This document shows positions 1 to 8,616 of a stretch of DNA of 64,000 nt, in pieces. The position numbers and the translations under genes were made by a program. The DNA is taken from positions 27,629 through 91,628 of the forward strand of contig JBKGZP010000002.1 of the NCBI GenBank assembly GCA_046543335.1, given 5' to 3'. This DNA is from Halobacteriales archaeon (GTDB lineage: Archaea > Halobacteriota > Halobacteria > Halobacteriales > SKSH01). Each line of letters begins with the position of its first letter. The stretch's first letter is position 1. The notes beneath the pieces were generated by a model, which did not search any database, had not been told where the DNA came from, and worked only from the letters and a program-made list of their open reading frames with translations.

Positions 1-1
1 C

Positions 2-169
2 GACCGCGGCTGGACGGGCGACGTGCCCCGCATGGAGCTCGCCGTCGACCGCCTCCAGTCGCTCGGATGGACGCCCGCGCACGACTGCGAGGGGGCGGTC
101 CGACGCGCGGCGACCGAGCTCGCCGAGCGCCACCCCGACGCGCCCTCCCCGACCGGCGAGACCGGATGA
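2..169 (+). CDS. NAD-dependent epimerase/dehydratase family protein, C-terminal end (5' end outside window)
   Basis: Frame 2 reads DRGWTGDVPRMELAVDRLQSLGWTPAHDCEGAVRRAATELAERH...ETG, then TGA at 167-169. The RGWxGDV...LGW pattern resembles the C-terminus of sugar-nucleotide epimerases. It sits next to two GT4 genes. Confidence 0.5.
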   Translation, partial: DRGWTGDVPRMELAVDRLQSLGWTPAHDCEGAVRRAATELAERHPDAPSPTGETG

Positions 170-205
170 ACACCCTTTTCGGGCTGGCTCGGCAACCGCC
201 GGGAC

Positions 206-511
206 ATGGGTGACGACGACCGCGAGCGAGCGGACTCGGACGAGGAACCATCCTTCCGCGAGCGCCTCGAGCAGGCGCGCGAGGAGGCAGAGGAGGGCGA
301 TGAGCGACAACTGGGTGGCGGCGCGCCGGGGGGCATGGGCGGCAACCCCTTCGCCCAGATGATGGGCGGGATGATGGGCGGCGGACTGGGCGGCCAGATG
401 CAAGAGGAGGCGCGAGACACGGCCGTCTCCCGCGAACTCGCCCAGCTGCGCGAGCAGCTCGAGGACCTGACCGACGAGGTCGCGCGAGTCGCCGATGCGC
501 TCGAGGACTGA
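206..511 (+). CDS. small acidic protein with central Gly/Met-rich segment, unknown function
   Basis: 101-aa ORF with high GC3 codon pattern and acidic coiled-coil-like ends flanking GGGAPGGMGGNPFAQMMGGMMGGGLGGQM. A TATA-like CCCTTTTCGG lies about 28 nt upstream of the ATG. Confidence 0.6.
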   Translation: MGDDDRERADSDEEPSFRERLEQAREEAEEGDERQLGGGAPGGMGGNPFAQMMGGMMGGGLGGQMQEEARDTAVSRELAQLREQLEDLTDEVARVADALED

Positions 512-523
512 GCCCGTCGATCC

Positions 524-1645
524 CTACCGGTTGCCGTCGAGCACCTCGGCGTAGACCGCCTCGAGCTGGTCCATCGATCGCTCGATGCCGAGCGACGCCC
601 GCCGGTCGAGACACGCCTCGGCGAGGTCGTCGCGATCCTCGAGCGCGCGACGGAGCCGGTCCGCGAACGCCTTGAGGTCACCCTCGGGGTAGTGCAAGCC
701 CGTGACGCCGTCCTCCAGGGTCTCTCGGAGGGCGCCCGCGGCGACGCCGACGACCGGCGTGGCGCACGCCATCGCCTCGAGCGCGACCAGGCCCTGGGTC
801 TCGACCGGGCTGGGGAACGCGAAGACGTCGATCGCCGAGTAGAACGCGGGGAGGTCCGAGCGGTCCAGGAAGCCGAGGAATCGAGCGTCGACGCCGAGGT
901 CGGCCGCCAGCGCCTCGAGGTCCGCCGTCGCGGGGCCGCCGCCGCCGAAGACGACCGTCCAGTCGTCGTCGCCGCGGGACACCGCCTGCAGGAGGTCCGC
1001 CAGCCGCTTCTCGTAGCCGTGTCGACCGGTGTAGCCGATGAGCGGCCCCATCGGGAGGTCGTGCGCCCGTCGGAACTCGTCGCCGTCGACGGGGCAGAAG
1101 AAGTCGAGGTCGACGCCGTTGGAGACGATCCGGATCTCGCTCGTGACGCCGATGTCGGACCGCAGATCCGTGGCGGCCGTCTGGCTGGGGGCGATCACCG
1201 CGTCGGCGTGCTCGAAGAACCAGCGCTCGTACCGTCGCGAGACCGCCGACAGTCCGGAGGCGACCGGGCCGACCCCCGCCAGGTACGGCGTGTACTCGTC
1301 GGCGGGGGTGTGAAACGACGTGACCAGCGGGCGGCCCGTCTGTCGCACGAGGCGCAACGCGGCCAGCCCGAGGGAGAACGGCGTGTGGGCGTGGACCACG
1401 TCGACCCCGTTGAGCGACTGCGGCAGCGTCGGCACCCCGAGGCGGTAGCCGTCGTAGAAGGGAAATCGGACGCTGGGCACCGGGTGCTCGCCCGACGCCG
1501 GCTCGTGTGCCTCGGCGTCCGGGTAGACGACGTCCATCCGGCCGCCGTCGGCGTTCCAGGCCTCCCGCCAGGTCTTGACGGTGTACGTCACGCCGTTGAC
1601 CGTCGGCAGGTAGGTGTCCGTGAACGCACAGACGCGGCTACCCAT
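524..1645 (-). CDS. glycosyltransferase family 4 (GT-B)
   Basis: Homology begins at MGSRVCAFTDTYLPTVNGV (ATG at 1645). The C-terminal EGFGLV-like motif reads ETQGLVALEAMACATPVV. The upstream 118 codons of track ORF 524..1999 are Ser/Thr/Arg-rich and overlap the next gene. Confidence 0.85.
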   Translation of the reverse strand: MGSRVCAFTDTYLPTVNGVTYTVKTWREAWNADGGRMDVVYPDAEAHEPASGEHPVPSVRFPFYDGYRLGVPTLPQSLNGVDVVHAHTPFSLGLAALRLVRQTGRPLVTSFHTPADEYTPYLAGVGPVASGLSAVSRRYERWFFEHADAVIAPSQTAATDLRSDIGVTSEIRIVSNGVDLDFFCPVDGDEFRRAHDLPMGPLIGYTGRHGYEKRLADLLQAVSRGDDDWTVVFGGGGPATADLEALAADLGVDARFLGFLDRSDLPAFYSAIDVFAFPSPVETQGLVALEAMACATPVVGVAAGALRETLEDGVTGLHYPEGDLKAFADRLRRALEDRDDLAEACLDRRASLGIERSMDQLEAVYAEVLDGNR

Positions 1646-1676
1646 CGGTGTCTGCTCGACCGGCGACCCGTTAAAG

Positions 1677-2732
1677 TCACGTGGTTTCGGTGGCGTGGGC
1701 ACCGACGACGCGACGGTACACCCGGTGGAGGTCCTCCCCGACGGCCTCGAGGCGGTGCGCCATCGCGCGCTCGCGGGCGCGCTCGCCGACCCGCTCGGCC
1801 AAGGTCGGGTCATCGGCCAGCCGGTCGATCGCCGTGACGAAGCCGTCGAGGTCGCTCGCCCGGAGGCAGTCATCGCCGTCGGTCGTGTACTCGTCGACGA
1901 CGGGGATGTCCCGGAGGACGACGGGGCGACCGCAGGCCATGGCCTCCAACACGACGATCCCCTGGTTCTCCTCGTGGGTCGGGAAGAAGAAGATGTCACC
2001 GGCGCCGAAGGCGCCGCGCTTGTCGTCGATCCACCCCGTGAAGGTCACGTTCGCCGGCGGATCCCTGGTCCACCGGCGGACCTCGGGGCTGGCCAGCGGG
2101 CCGGTGTCGTACCGTCCGAACCAGACGAACTCGAGGTCGGGGCGGCGCTCGGCCACCCGACAGAACGTCGACAACCCCTTGCGCTCGAAGACGTTCCCGA
2201 CGGCGAAGACGACGGTCCCGGAGAGATCGTACCGGTCGCGGTACGGCCCGCGGAGGTCCTCGAAACCACGAAGCGACGCCAGGTCGACGCCGTTCGAGAC
2301 CACCGCGATGGGGGCCTCGACGGGATACGACCGCAACACGTCGCGGGTGTACGCGCTCGGCGCGAGCACCAGGTCGCCGGCGTCGTACCACCGCCTGAGG
2401 TACCACCCGAGGGGTTCCGCGAGGAGGTTCGACCCCCGGAAGCTCCCGCGGAAGTCCTCCCGGGTCACGTGGGCGTGACAGACCATGGGGACGTCCGTCC
2501 GCCTCGCCAGCGCCCGCAGGGCGATCGATCCGGGGCCGAACAGGTGGGTGTGGATCAGGTCGACGTCCGGGCGACGCCCCGTCACGATGCGTCCGAGGCG
2601 GTCGGCGGTCACGCCGTCGGTGAGCACCTCGACGGGCTGGTCGGCCAGCGCCTTGCGGTGGTGGTCGACCGCCGTCGCTATCCCCGACCGCTTCAGGGGG
2701 CCCGCCAGGTCGACGTAGCTCAGGACGCGCAC
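1677..2732 (-). CDS. glycosyltransferase family 4 (GT-B)
   Basis: Homology begins at VRVLSYVDLAGPLKRSGIATAV (GTG at 2730-2732). It carries ENQGIVVLEAMACGRPVV. A TATA-like GGTTTACTGG on the minus strand lies about 27 nt upstream. The rest of track ORF 1677..3143 overlaps the yhbY-like gene. Confidence 0.8.
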   Translation of the reverse strand: MRVLSYVDLAGPLKRSGIATAVDHHRKALADQPVEVLTDGVTADRLGRIVTGRRPDVDLIHTHLFGPGSIALRALARRTDVPMVCHAHVTREDFRGSFRGSNLLAEPLGWYLRRWYDAGDLVLAPSAYTRDVLRSYPVEAPIAVVSNGVDLASLRGFEDLRGPYRDRYDLSGTVVFAVGNVFERKGLSTFCRVAERRPDLEFVWFGRYDTGPLASPEVRRWTRDPPANVTFTGWIDDKRGAFGAGDIFFFPTHEENQGIVVLEAMACGRPVVLRDIPVVDEYTTDGDDCLRASDLDGFVTAIDRLADDPTLAERVGERARERAMAHRLEAVGEDLHRVYRRVVGAHATETT

Positions 2733-2828
2733 GGTGGGACCGTGCGGCCCCCCGCCAGTAAACCGTGTCGTCGTCGAAGCCTGCGGGCGAAGCTTAATCA
2801 GGCGCTTGCGCCGTATCCCCGTGCCACC

Positions 2829-3077
2829 ATGAGTTCGGACCACGATCCCGGGGACGTCCACGACCTCGAGACGAGCATCTGGGTCGGCAAGCGCGGCATC
2901 GAGTCCGTCGTCGACGAACTCGCCGAGCAGCTCAACCACCACGACCTCGTGAAGGTGAAGTTCCTCCGGTCGGTCCGGACGAGCCAGACGACGGAGGAGC
3001 TCGCGGTGGCGCTGGCGGACCGAGCAGGCGCCGACGTCGTCGAGACCAGAGGGCACACCGCGGTGTTCGCCGGGTGA
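2829..3077 (+). CDS. YhbY/CRS1 (CRM-domain) RNA-binding protein
   Basis: 82 aa containing IWVGKRGIESVVDELAEQLNHHDLVKVKFL...VETRGHTAVF, typical of the CRM/YhbY family. AAGCTTAATCAGG lies about 35 nt upstream of the ATG. Confidence 0.8.
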   Translation: MSSDHDPGDVHDLETSIWVGKRGIESVVDELAEQLNHHDLVKVKFLRSVRTSQTTEELAVALADRAGADVVETRGHTAVFAG

Positions 3078-3175
3078 GACCACCGCCATCGCCACGCCGG
3101 CCATCGCGTGCCGGAGGGCACCCCCGGTCGGGGCCGAACCCAACCGTTATCATCACATCACTGGTACGTTAGGCC

Positions 3176-4081
3176 ATGGACGCCGCCCCCGCCATCTCAC
3201 TGCAGGGGCTCACGAAGCACTACGGGGAGGTCGTGGCCACCGAGGACCTGACGTTCGACGTCGAGGCCGGGGAGATCTTCGGATACCTCGGCCCGAACGG
3301 CTCCGGCAAGACGACGACCATCCGCCAGCTGCTGGGGCTCATCAAGCCGACGGCGGGGACGGCGGAGGTCCTCGGCGCCGACATCCGGGATCGTCCCGCG
3401 CTGACGGCGACGATGGCTCGCGTCGGCTACCTCCCGGACACCCTCGGCTTCGACGAGCGATTGACGGGTCGGCAGGTCCTCGACTTCTTCGCCCGCCTCC
3501 GCGGCGACGACCGGCGCGAGGAGCTCCTCGAGCTGTTCCGACCCCCACTCGAGCGTCGCGTGGAGGAGTACTCCTCGGGGAATCGGCGGATGCTCGGCAT
3601 CGTCCAGGCCTTCATGCACGACCCGGACCTGGTCGTCATGGACGAACCCTCGAGCGGCCTCGATCCCCTCAAACAGGACCGGCTCCATCGGTTCCTCGAG
3701 CAGGAGCGCGACGCCGGCAAGACGATCTTCTTCTCCTCACACGTCCTGAGCGAGGTCCAGCGCGTCTGCGACCGGGTCGGGATGATCCGGGACGCGAGGA
3801 TCGTCGAGATCGCCGATGTCGACGCGCTGCTCAGGCGGGGTGGCAAGGAGGTCGGGGTCCACTTCGCGGGGTCCGTCGACGTCGACCGCTTCGTCACCGA
3901 CGGCATGCACGGCGTGGAGGTGGTCGACCGGGTGGTCCGGTTCACCTACACGGGCGACCTCAACGAGCTCCTCGAGCACCTGTCGGCGTTCGACCTCGCG
4001 GACGTCTCGATCGGTGACCCCCAGCTCGAGGACATCTTCAAGCACTACTACGGCAACGACGGGTCCTCCCCGGCGTCATGA
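3176..4081 (+). CDS. ABC transporter ATP-binding protein
   Basis: Walker A GPNGSGKTT, signature YSSGNRRM, Walker B LVVMDEPSSGLD. The stop overlaps the next start (ATGA). Confidence 0.9.
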   Translation: MDAAPAISLQGLTKHYGEVVATEDLTFDVEAGEIFGYLGPNGSGKTTTIRQLLGLIKPTAGTAEVLGADIRDRPALTATMARVGYLPDTLGFDERLTGRQVLDFFARLRGDDRREELLELFRPPLERRVEEYSSGNRRMLGIVQAFMHDPDLVVMDEPSSGLDPLKQDRLHRFLEQERDAGKTIFFSSHVLSEVQRVCDRVGMIRDARIVEIADVDALLRRGGKEVGVHFAGSVDVDRFVTDGMHGVEVVDRVVRFTYTGDLNELLEHLSAFDLADVSIGDPQLEDIFKHYYGNDGSSPAS

Positions 4082-4860
4082 CCGCGATCGTCCGGATGGA
4101 GGCCCGAGGCCTCGCGCGGGGGTCGGCGCTGATGGGCGGCCTGCTGGCGGCGACGACGGCCGTCCTCCTGCTCGTCTTCCCGAACATCAAGGCCGAGGCC
4201 GAGACGGTCATCGACGCGTACCCGCCGTTCATGATCACGCTGCTGGGGATCGAGGAGCTCGACACGCTCGAGGGGTTCGCCGCGGGATACGTCATCCCGT
4301 TCGGGGTGACCCTCCTCGGTGGCGTCTACCTCGCGTACGTCGCCTCGAGCATGGTGGTCGACGACGTCCGGACCCGGCGGATGGACCTCCTGCTGGCGAA
4401 CCCGGTGTCGCGGGAGTCGGTCGTCCTCCAGAAGTTCGCCGCGCTGTGGGTCCCGACCGCCTCGCTGGTCGGCGTCGTCTTCGTCCTCGTGGTGGGAGGT
4501 GCCGCGGCGATCGGCGAGTCGATCGACCTCGGCCGGTTCCTCCTCGCCCTCGCCTGGGCGGTGGCGTACCTCCTCGTCTGTGGGGCCATCGGCATGCTCC
4601 TGTCCGTCGCGCTCGACCGGGTCAACGCGGCCCAGGCCGGGGCGATCGGCGTGGTGTTCGTGCTGTACCTGCTCGAGGGGCTCTCGGAGATGGATCCCTC
4701 CTACGAGGTCCTCGGGTGGATCGCCCCGAGTCGGTACTACGACCCGAACGCCGCGCTGCTCCGCGGCGAGGTCGCCGTCGCGGACGTGGGCGTGCTCCTC
4801 CTCGGGTGCCTCGCCATCCTCGGCGCGTCGGTGGTGGTCTTCGCCAGGAGGGACCTATGA
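4078..4860 (+). CDS. ABC-2 type transporter permease
   Basis: Multi-TM protein translationally coupled to the ATPase. It shares the motif RRMDLLLANPVSRESVV with the downstream paralog. Confidence 0.8.
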   Translation: MTAIVRMEARGLARGSALMGGLLAATTAVLLLVFPNIKAEAETVIDAYPPFMITLLGIEELDTLEGFAAGYVIPFGVTLLGGVYLAYVASSMVVDDVRTRRMDLLLANPVSRESVVLQKFAALWVPTASLVGVVFVLVVGGAAAIGESIDLGRFLLALAWAVAYLLVCGAIGMLLSVALDRVNAAQAGAIGVVFVLYLLEGLSEMDPSYEVLGWIAPSRYYDPNAALLRGEVAVADVGVLLLGCLAILGASVVVFARRDL

Positions 4861-5678
4861 GCGAGGCGTCGACGCCACGGGCCGAACCGTCCTCGAGGGT
4901 GGCGATCGCCCGCCTCGAGTCCCGCCGCCACGTGCGCGGTGCGGCCGTGCTCTCGGCGGTCCTCTCGGTCTTCGCGATCCTGTACGTGGCCATCTTCCCG
5001 GACATGAAGGCCGAGGCCGCGCAGATCGTCGAGATCCTCCCGGCGTTCCTCCTCGAGATGTTCGGTCTCGAGGCGCTCGACACGATCGAGGGGTTCATCG
5101 CCGCGGAGATGTACTCGTTCTTCTGGACCGTCCTCGTCGGGGCGTACTTCGCGTACCTCGGCGCGGGGATGATCGCCGTCGACGTCCACGACCGCCGGAT
5201 GGACCTCACGCTCGCGAACCCCGTCTCCCGCGAGTCCGTGGTGGGGCAGAAGGTGGCCGCGCTGTGGGCGCCGCTTGCCATCCTCAACTTCCCGGTGTGG
5301 TTCGTGATCGTCGCGGGGTCGACCCTGGTCGGCGAGCCCGTCGACGTCGTCGCCCTCGCCATGGTGCACGTGCTCTCGATCCCGTACCTGCTGGCGTGCG
5401 CCGGACTCGGGTTGGTGCTCTCGGTGGTGCTTGGCCACCCTCGGCGGTCCCGGGGCGCCGCCGTCGCGATGGTCATCCTCCTGTGGCTGATCGACACCGT
5501 CTCGCGGTTGAGCCCCGACTCCGAGTGGATCGGCTGGCTCACCCCCTCGCGGTACTACGCGTACACGGCGATCCTCGTCCGCAACGAGTACGACCTGGTG
5601 AACGCGGTGGCACTGCTCGTCGGCGCCCTCGCCCTGGTCGGACTCGCCACGGCCCTGTTCGTCCGGCGCGACATCTGA
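4857..5678 (+). CDS. ABC-2 type transporter permease (tandem paralog)
   Basis: ATG at 4857 overlaps the TGA of the previous gene (ATGA). It carries RRMDLTLANPVSRESVV and ...TPSRYYAYTAIL, which parallel the upstream permease. The upstream part of track ORF 3816..5678 is spurious. Confidence 0.8.
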   Translation: MSEASTPRAEPSSRVAIARLESRRHVRGAAVLSAVLSVFAILYVAIFPDMKAEAAQIVEILPAFLLEMFGLEALDTIEGFIAAEMYSFFWTVLVGAYFAYLGAGMIAVDVHDRRMDLTLANPVSRESVVGQKVAALWAPLAILNFPVWFVIVAGSTLVGEPVDVVALAMVHVLSIPYLLACAGLGLVLSVVLGHPRRSRGAAVAMVILLWLIDTVSRLSPDSEWIGWLTPSRYYAYTAILVRNEYDLVNAVALLVGALALVGLATALFVRRDI

Positions 5679-5686
5679 GGGTCGAA

Positions 5687-6027
5687 CCCGTGGCTGTCCG
5701 GTCGGGGTCGAAGAGGCGTGGACGGCCGGCGTGGACCGCCGTTCCGTGGCGGGGTGGTCCGGTTGCGTCCTCCACCCCGCGACCCGTCGAGCGACAGGTG
5801 TCCGGTGGTCCGCTGCTCGCTCCCGCGCCTGACGGATTGCCACCGATCAACCGCGGCGAGCCGTCCCTTCGGATGGCCACCGCGGACCGCTGCCCCCGAC
5901 GGACGAGGTTTCATCGTCCGCGCGCGGGGCCCGCCACGGGCGGACGGCCGCCGCCGGCGTTCTCGGCCCCCGCTGAAGACCGTGGTGCGGGTGGAGGCGG
6001 GGCCTAGCCGCCCGGCCTAGTCCACGG
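5687..6027 (-). ncRNA. signal recognition particle RNA (7S/SRP RNA); ends approximate (+/- about 10 nt)
   Basis: The minus strand contains CCGUCAGGCGCGGGAGCGAGCAGCGG (plus 5810-5835), a helix-8 signature with a GNRA loop and AGCAGC. There is a hairpin GGACGA-UGAAACC-UCGUCC (plus 5901-5919). A 10-bp long-range pairing joins CCGUGGCGGG (5930-5939) and CCCGCCACGG (5744-5753). Terminal CCGUGG/CCACGG pairing closes the ends. A TATA-like box lies about 26 nt upstream. Confidence 0.8.
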
Positions 6028-6046
6028 GGTACCCTACCCCGGTCGC

Positions 6047-6055
6047 CCTAAAGGG
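6047..6055 (-). promoter_or_regulatory. TATA-like box for SRP RNA
   Basis: The minus strand reads CCCTTTAGGG, centred about 26 nt upstream of the predicted SRP RNA 5' end. Confidence 0.4.
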
Positions 6056-6057
6056 CC

Positions 6058-6507
6058 TTACGGCCGGCGCGAACCGACCAGCCCGAGGCTGACGGCCCAC
6101 CAGGCGGCCGCGGCGGGGACGACGCCAGCGACGGCGACGGCCACGAGGCGGTGGTACCACACCCACCGCCGCGTGGCGACGTCGGTCGCCACGGTCACGT
6201 CGACGCTGGCGGCCCAGAGGACCACGACGAGCGCGAGGACGACCCCGGCGCCGAGGGCGATCCCCGCGGCCGTCGCCGGGTGGGTCCGCCCCGTCGCGCC
6301 CGCGGCGAAGACAACGATCAGCACGGCCGCGAGGCCGACGGCCAGCCAGTAGCCCCCGGGGCCGAAGCCGAGATAGGTCCGCAGGACGACGACCTCGACG
6401 CCGGGATCGGCGACGACTGGGGCGACGGCAAGCGCGACGACCCCGACGGCGGCGACGAGGCCGAGGGCGGGAGGCGCACGAGGTGAGACCATCGACTCGA
6501 TCGACAT
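6058..6507 (-). CDS. integral membrane protein, unknown function
   Basis: 149 aa with four hydrophobic Ala/Val/Gly/Leu-rich segments and a high-GC3 codon pattern. No recognisable motif. Confidence 0.6.
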   Translation of the reverse strand: MSIESMVSPRAPPALGLVAAVGVVALAVAPVVADPGVEVVVLRTYLGFGPGGYWLAVGLAAVLIVVFAAGATGRTHPATAAGIALGAGVVLALVVVLWAASVDVTVATDVATRRWVWYHRLVAVAVAGVVPAAAAWWAVSLGLVGSRRP

Positions 6508-6589
6508 CGGGTGCTACCCCGCGGCGGCGAAAGGCCCTTTCGATACCGCAAGGCCCACAAGCCAGGGCCGACTACTCCGGCCAGCGACC

Positions 6590-6844
6590 ATGGGACTCGG
6601 GTCGACCGCCAAGCGCGTGCAACGCCTCTCGGAGGTGGCCGAAGAGCTCTACGGCAAGCTCTCGGAGGTCCTCGACCGCGTTCGCGATATCGAGGGCGCC
6701 ATCGAGGAGACGAACGACCGCGTCACGGCGATCGAGGCCCGGCTGGACCGCCAGGAGCGCCTCCTCGAGGCGCTCGCCGAGGCCAACGGCGTCGACGTCG
6801 AGGCGGTCACCGAGGCCGAGTCGACCGGCGACGCCAAGCCCTAA
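6590..6844 (+). CDS. small acidic coiled-coil protein, unknown function
   Basis: 84 aa with heptad-like EELYGKLSEVLDRVRDIEGAIEETNDRVTAIEARLDRQERLLEAL. It looks like a haloarchaeal small protein. Confidence 0.65.
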   Translation: MGLGSTAKRVQRLSEVAEELYGKLSEVLDRVRDIEGAIEETNDRVTAIEARLDRQERLLEALAEANGVDVEAVTEAESTGDAKP

Positions 6845-6869
6845 CTCCTCCCCCCGCGGACGCGCGGGC

Positions 6870-7850
6870 ATGACCCGCAGCGACGAACCGCTGCCGTCGG
6901 TGCTCGAGACGGTGGGCGAGACGCCGTTGGTCCAACTCGACACCGAGGTCGAGGGGGTCACGGTGTACGCCAAGCTCGAGGCGTTCAACCCCGGCGCGAG
7001 CGTCAAGGATCGCATCGGTCGGTACATGCTCGAGCGCATGCTCGAGACGGGCACCCTCGAGTCGGGGGGGACGATCGTCGAGGCGACCGCGGGCAACACC
7101 GGCATCGGCCTGGCGATCGCCGCGGGCCAGCTCGGACTCGAGGCCGTCTTCGTCGTCCCGGAGCGATTCAGCGCCGAGAAGCAACAGCTCATGGCCGCCC
7201 TCGGCGCCGAGATCGTGACCACCCCGACGGAGGCGGGGATGGGACACGCCCTGGAGGTCGCCCACGAGATCGCCGACGAGCGGTCGAACGCCGTCGTGGC
7301 GGATCAGTTCTCGAACCCGCTCAACACGGAGGCGCACTACGTTACGACCGCGCCGGAGGTCTACGACGCCCTCGACGGCCGCGTGGGGGCGATCGTCGCC
7401 GGGTGCGGCACGGCGGGCACCCTCATGGGTCTGGCCCGCTACGGCCGCGAGCGACCGCACCCGCCGCACGTCGTGGCCGTCGAGCCCGAGGGATCTCTGT
7501 ACTGCGCGTTTCACGGTGGCGAGCCCGACGAGGCCGAGTACAAGATCGAGGGCATCGGCACGCACGATCCGACGGTCAACGCGCTGTACGAGCCCGACCT
7601 CGTCGACGAGCTGGTCTCGGTCGCCGACCGGGACGCCCACGCCGAGGTGCGCCGGCTGGCCGCGGAGGAGGGCCACCTCGTCGGCTCGAGCGCCGCGGCC
7701 AACAGCCTCGCCGCCCGGGACGTCGCCGTCCGGGTCGCGTCGGGCGAGCTCGAGCTGGTCCATCCGACGGTCGTGACGATCTTCCCCGACTCGAGCGAGC
7801 GGTACCTCACGAAGGGCATCTACGGCGACTTCGAGGACTGGGCCGCGTAG
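6870..7850 (+). CDS. PLP-dependent cysteine synthase / cystathionine beta-synthase family protein
   Basis: Starts at MTRSDEPLPSVLETVGETPLV. PLP-lysine motif NPGASVKDRIG, plus GNTGIGLA and GTAGT loops. The upstream 129 codons of track ORF 6483..7850 are Arg/Ser/Pro-rich. Confidence 0.85.
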   Translation: MTRSDEPLPSVLETVGETPLVQLDTEVEGVTVYAKLEAFNPGASVKDRIGRYMLERMLETGTLESGGTIVEATAGNTGIGLAIAAGQLGLEAVFVVPERFSAEKQQLMAALGAEIVTTPTEAGMGHALEVAHEIADERSNAVVADQFSNPLNTEAHYVTTAPEVYDALDGRVGAIVAGCGTAGTLMGLARYGRERPHPPHVVAVEPEGSLYCAFHGGEPDEAEYKIEGIGTHDPTVNALYEPDLVDELVSVADRDAHAEVRRLAAEEGHLVGSSAAANSLAARDVAVRVASGELELVHPTVVTIFPDSSERYLTKGIYGDFEDWAA

Positions 7851-7853
7851 GCG

Positions 7854-8531
7854 TCAGAGCTCGGCGCCGCGGAAGGCGAAGTCGGCGTCCTCGTCGGGCC
7901 GCTCGATCACGCCGTCGAACAGTCCCTTGATCGTGTTGAGCGTCTGCGGCTCGTGGGCGGTGGGATCCATCAGGTACAGCCCGAGGCCGTCGACGTTCTG
8001 GATCCGACCGGTGAAGACGTGGAGGAAGCGAAAGATGGTCTGGACGTCCGAGTACATCAACAACGTGGAGATCGAGTCCAGACAGACGCGATTGCGCTCG
8101 AGGTTGCGCTCGCCGTGGAACTCCTCGAGGAGTTCGGAGAGGCTGATACCGATGCCGGTCATGTCGTCCGGCGCGGAGGGGTACTTCACCAGGTCGGTCT
8201 CCTCGACGTCGTCGACGCCCTGCTGCCGGGAGACGCAGTCGACGATGCCGATGGGGACGTCGGCGGGGTCGTCGCCGAGCACCTCCGCGTAGCGGTCGAT
8301 GAGGCGGTCCGTACCGTCCTTCGTCGAGACGATGATGGCACCATCGCCCTGCGTCGACCCCGCCGCGAGGATCTCGAAGGCCAGTCGCTTCTTGCCGGAC
8401 ATGGCGGGGCCCAGCACCAGGAGGTTGCTCCCAGGTGCCACGTCGACGTCGGACAGTGGTCCGGCCAGCGTGTACATTGTCGGTCGTCCGTTGGCAGGTA
8501 GGACGTGCTCCTCGACCTCCCCGCCAGTCAT
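7854..8531 (-). CDS. RecA-superfamily ATPase, KaiC/RadA-like (deviant Walker A)
   Basis: Contains LLVLGPAMSGKKRLAFEIL (GxxxxGKK rather than GK[ST]) and a Walker-B-like RVCLDSISTLL. Size and layout fit single-domain KaiC/Rad55-like proteins. A strong TATA lies 26 nt upstream. Confidence 0.7.
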   Translation of the reverse strand: MTGGEVEEHVLPANGRPTMYTLAGPLSDVDVAPGSNLLVLGPAMSGKKRLAFEILAAGSTQGDGAIIVSTKDGTDRLIDRYAEVLGDDPADVPIGIVDCVSRQQGVDDVEETDLVKYPSAPDDMTGIGISLSELLEEFHGERNLERNRVCLDSISTLLMYSDVQTIFRFLHVFTGRIQNVDGLGLYLMDPTAHEPQTLNTIKGLFDGVIERPDEDADFAFRGAEL

Positions 8532-8552
8532 GGGCGACGTTCCCCGCAGGGG

Positions 8553-8562
8553 TATAAAAAAG
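8553..8562 (-). promoter_or_regulatory. TATA box for KaiC-like gene
   Basis: The minus strand reads CTTTTTTATACC, centred about 26 nt upstream of the ATG at 8531. This fits a leaderless geometry. Confidence 0.5.
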
Positions 8563-8616
8563 TACTGTACACGCGGACCACGCTAACACGCAGCAGGCGC
8601 GCTCGAGACGGCCGCA

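Noticed and set aside
5718-6020. ORFs 5718..6020(+), 5555..5914(-) and 5539..5880(-), plus the tail of 4319..6007(+), in the 5.7-6.0 kb gap
   Set aside because: The region is better explained by the SRP RNA. The peptides are Arg/Pro/Gly-rich.
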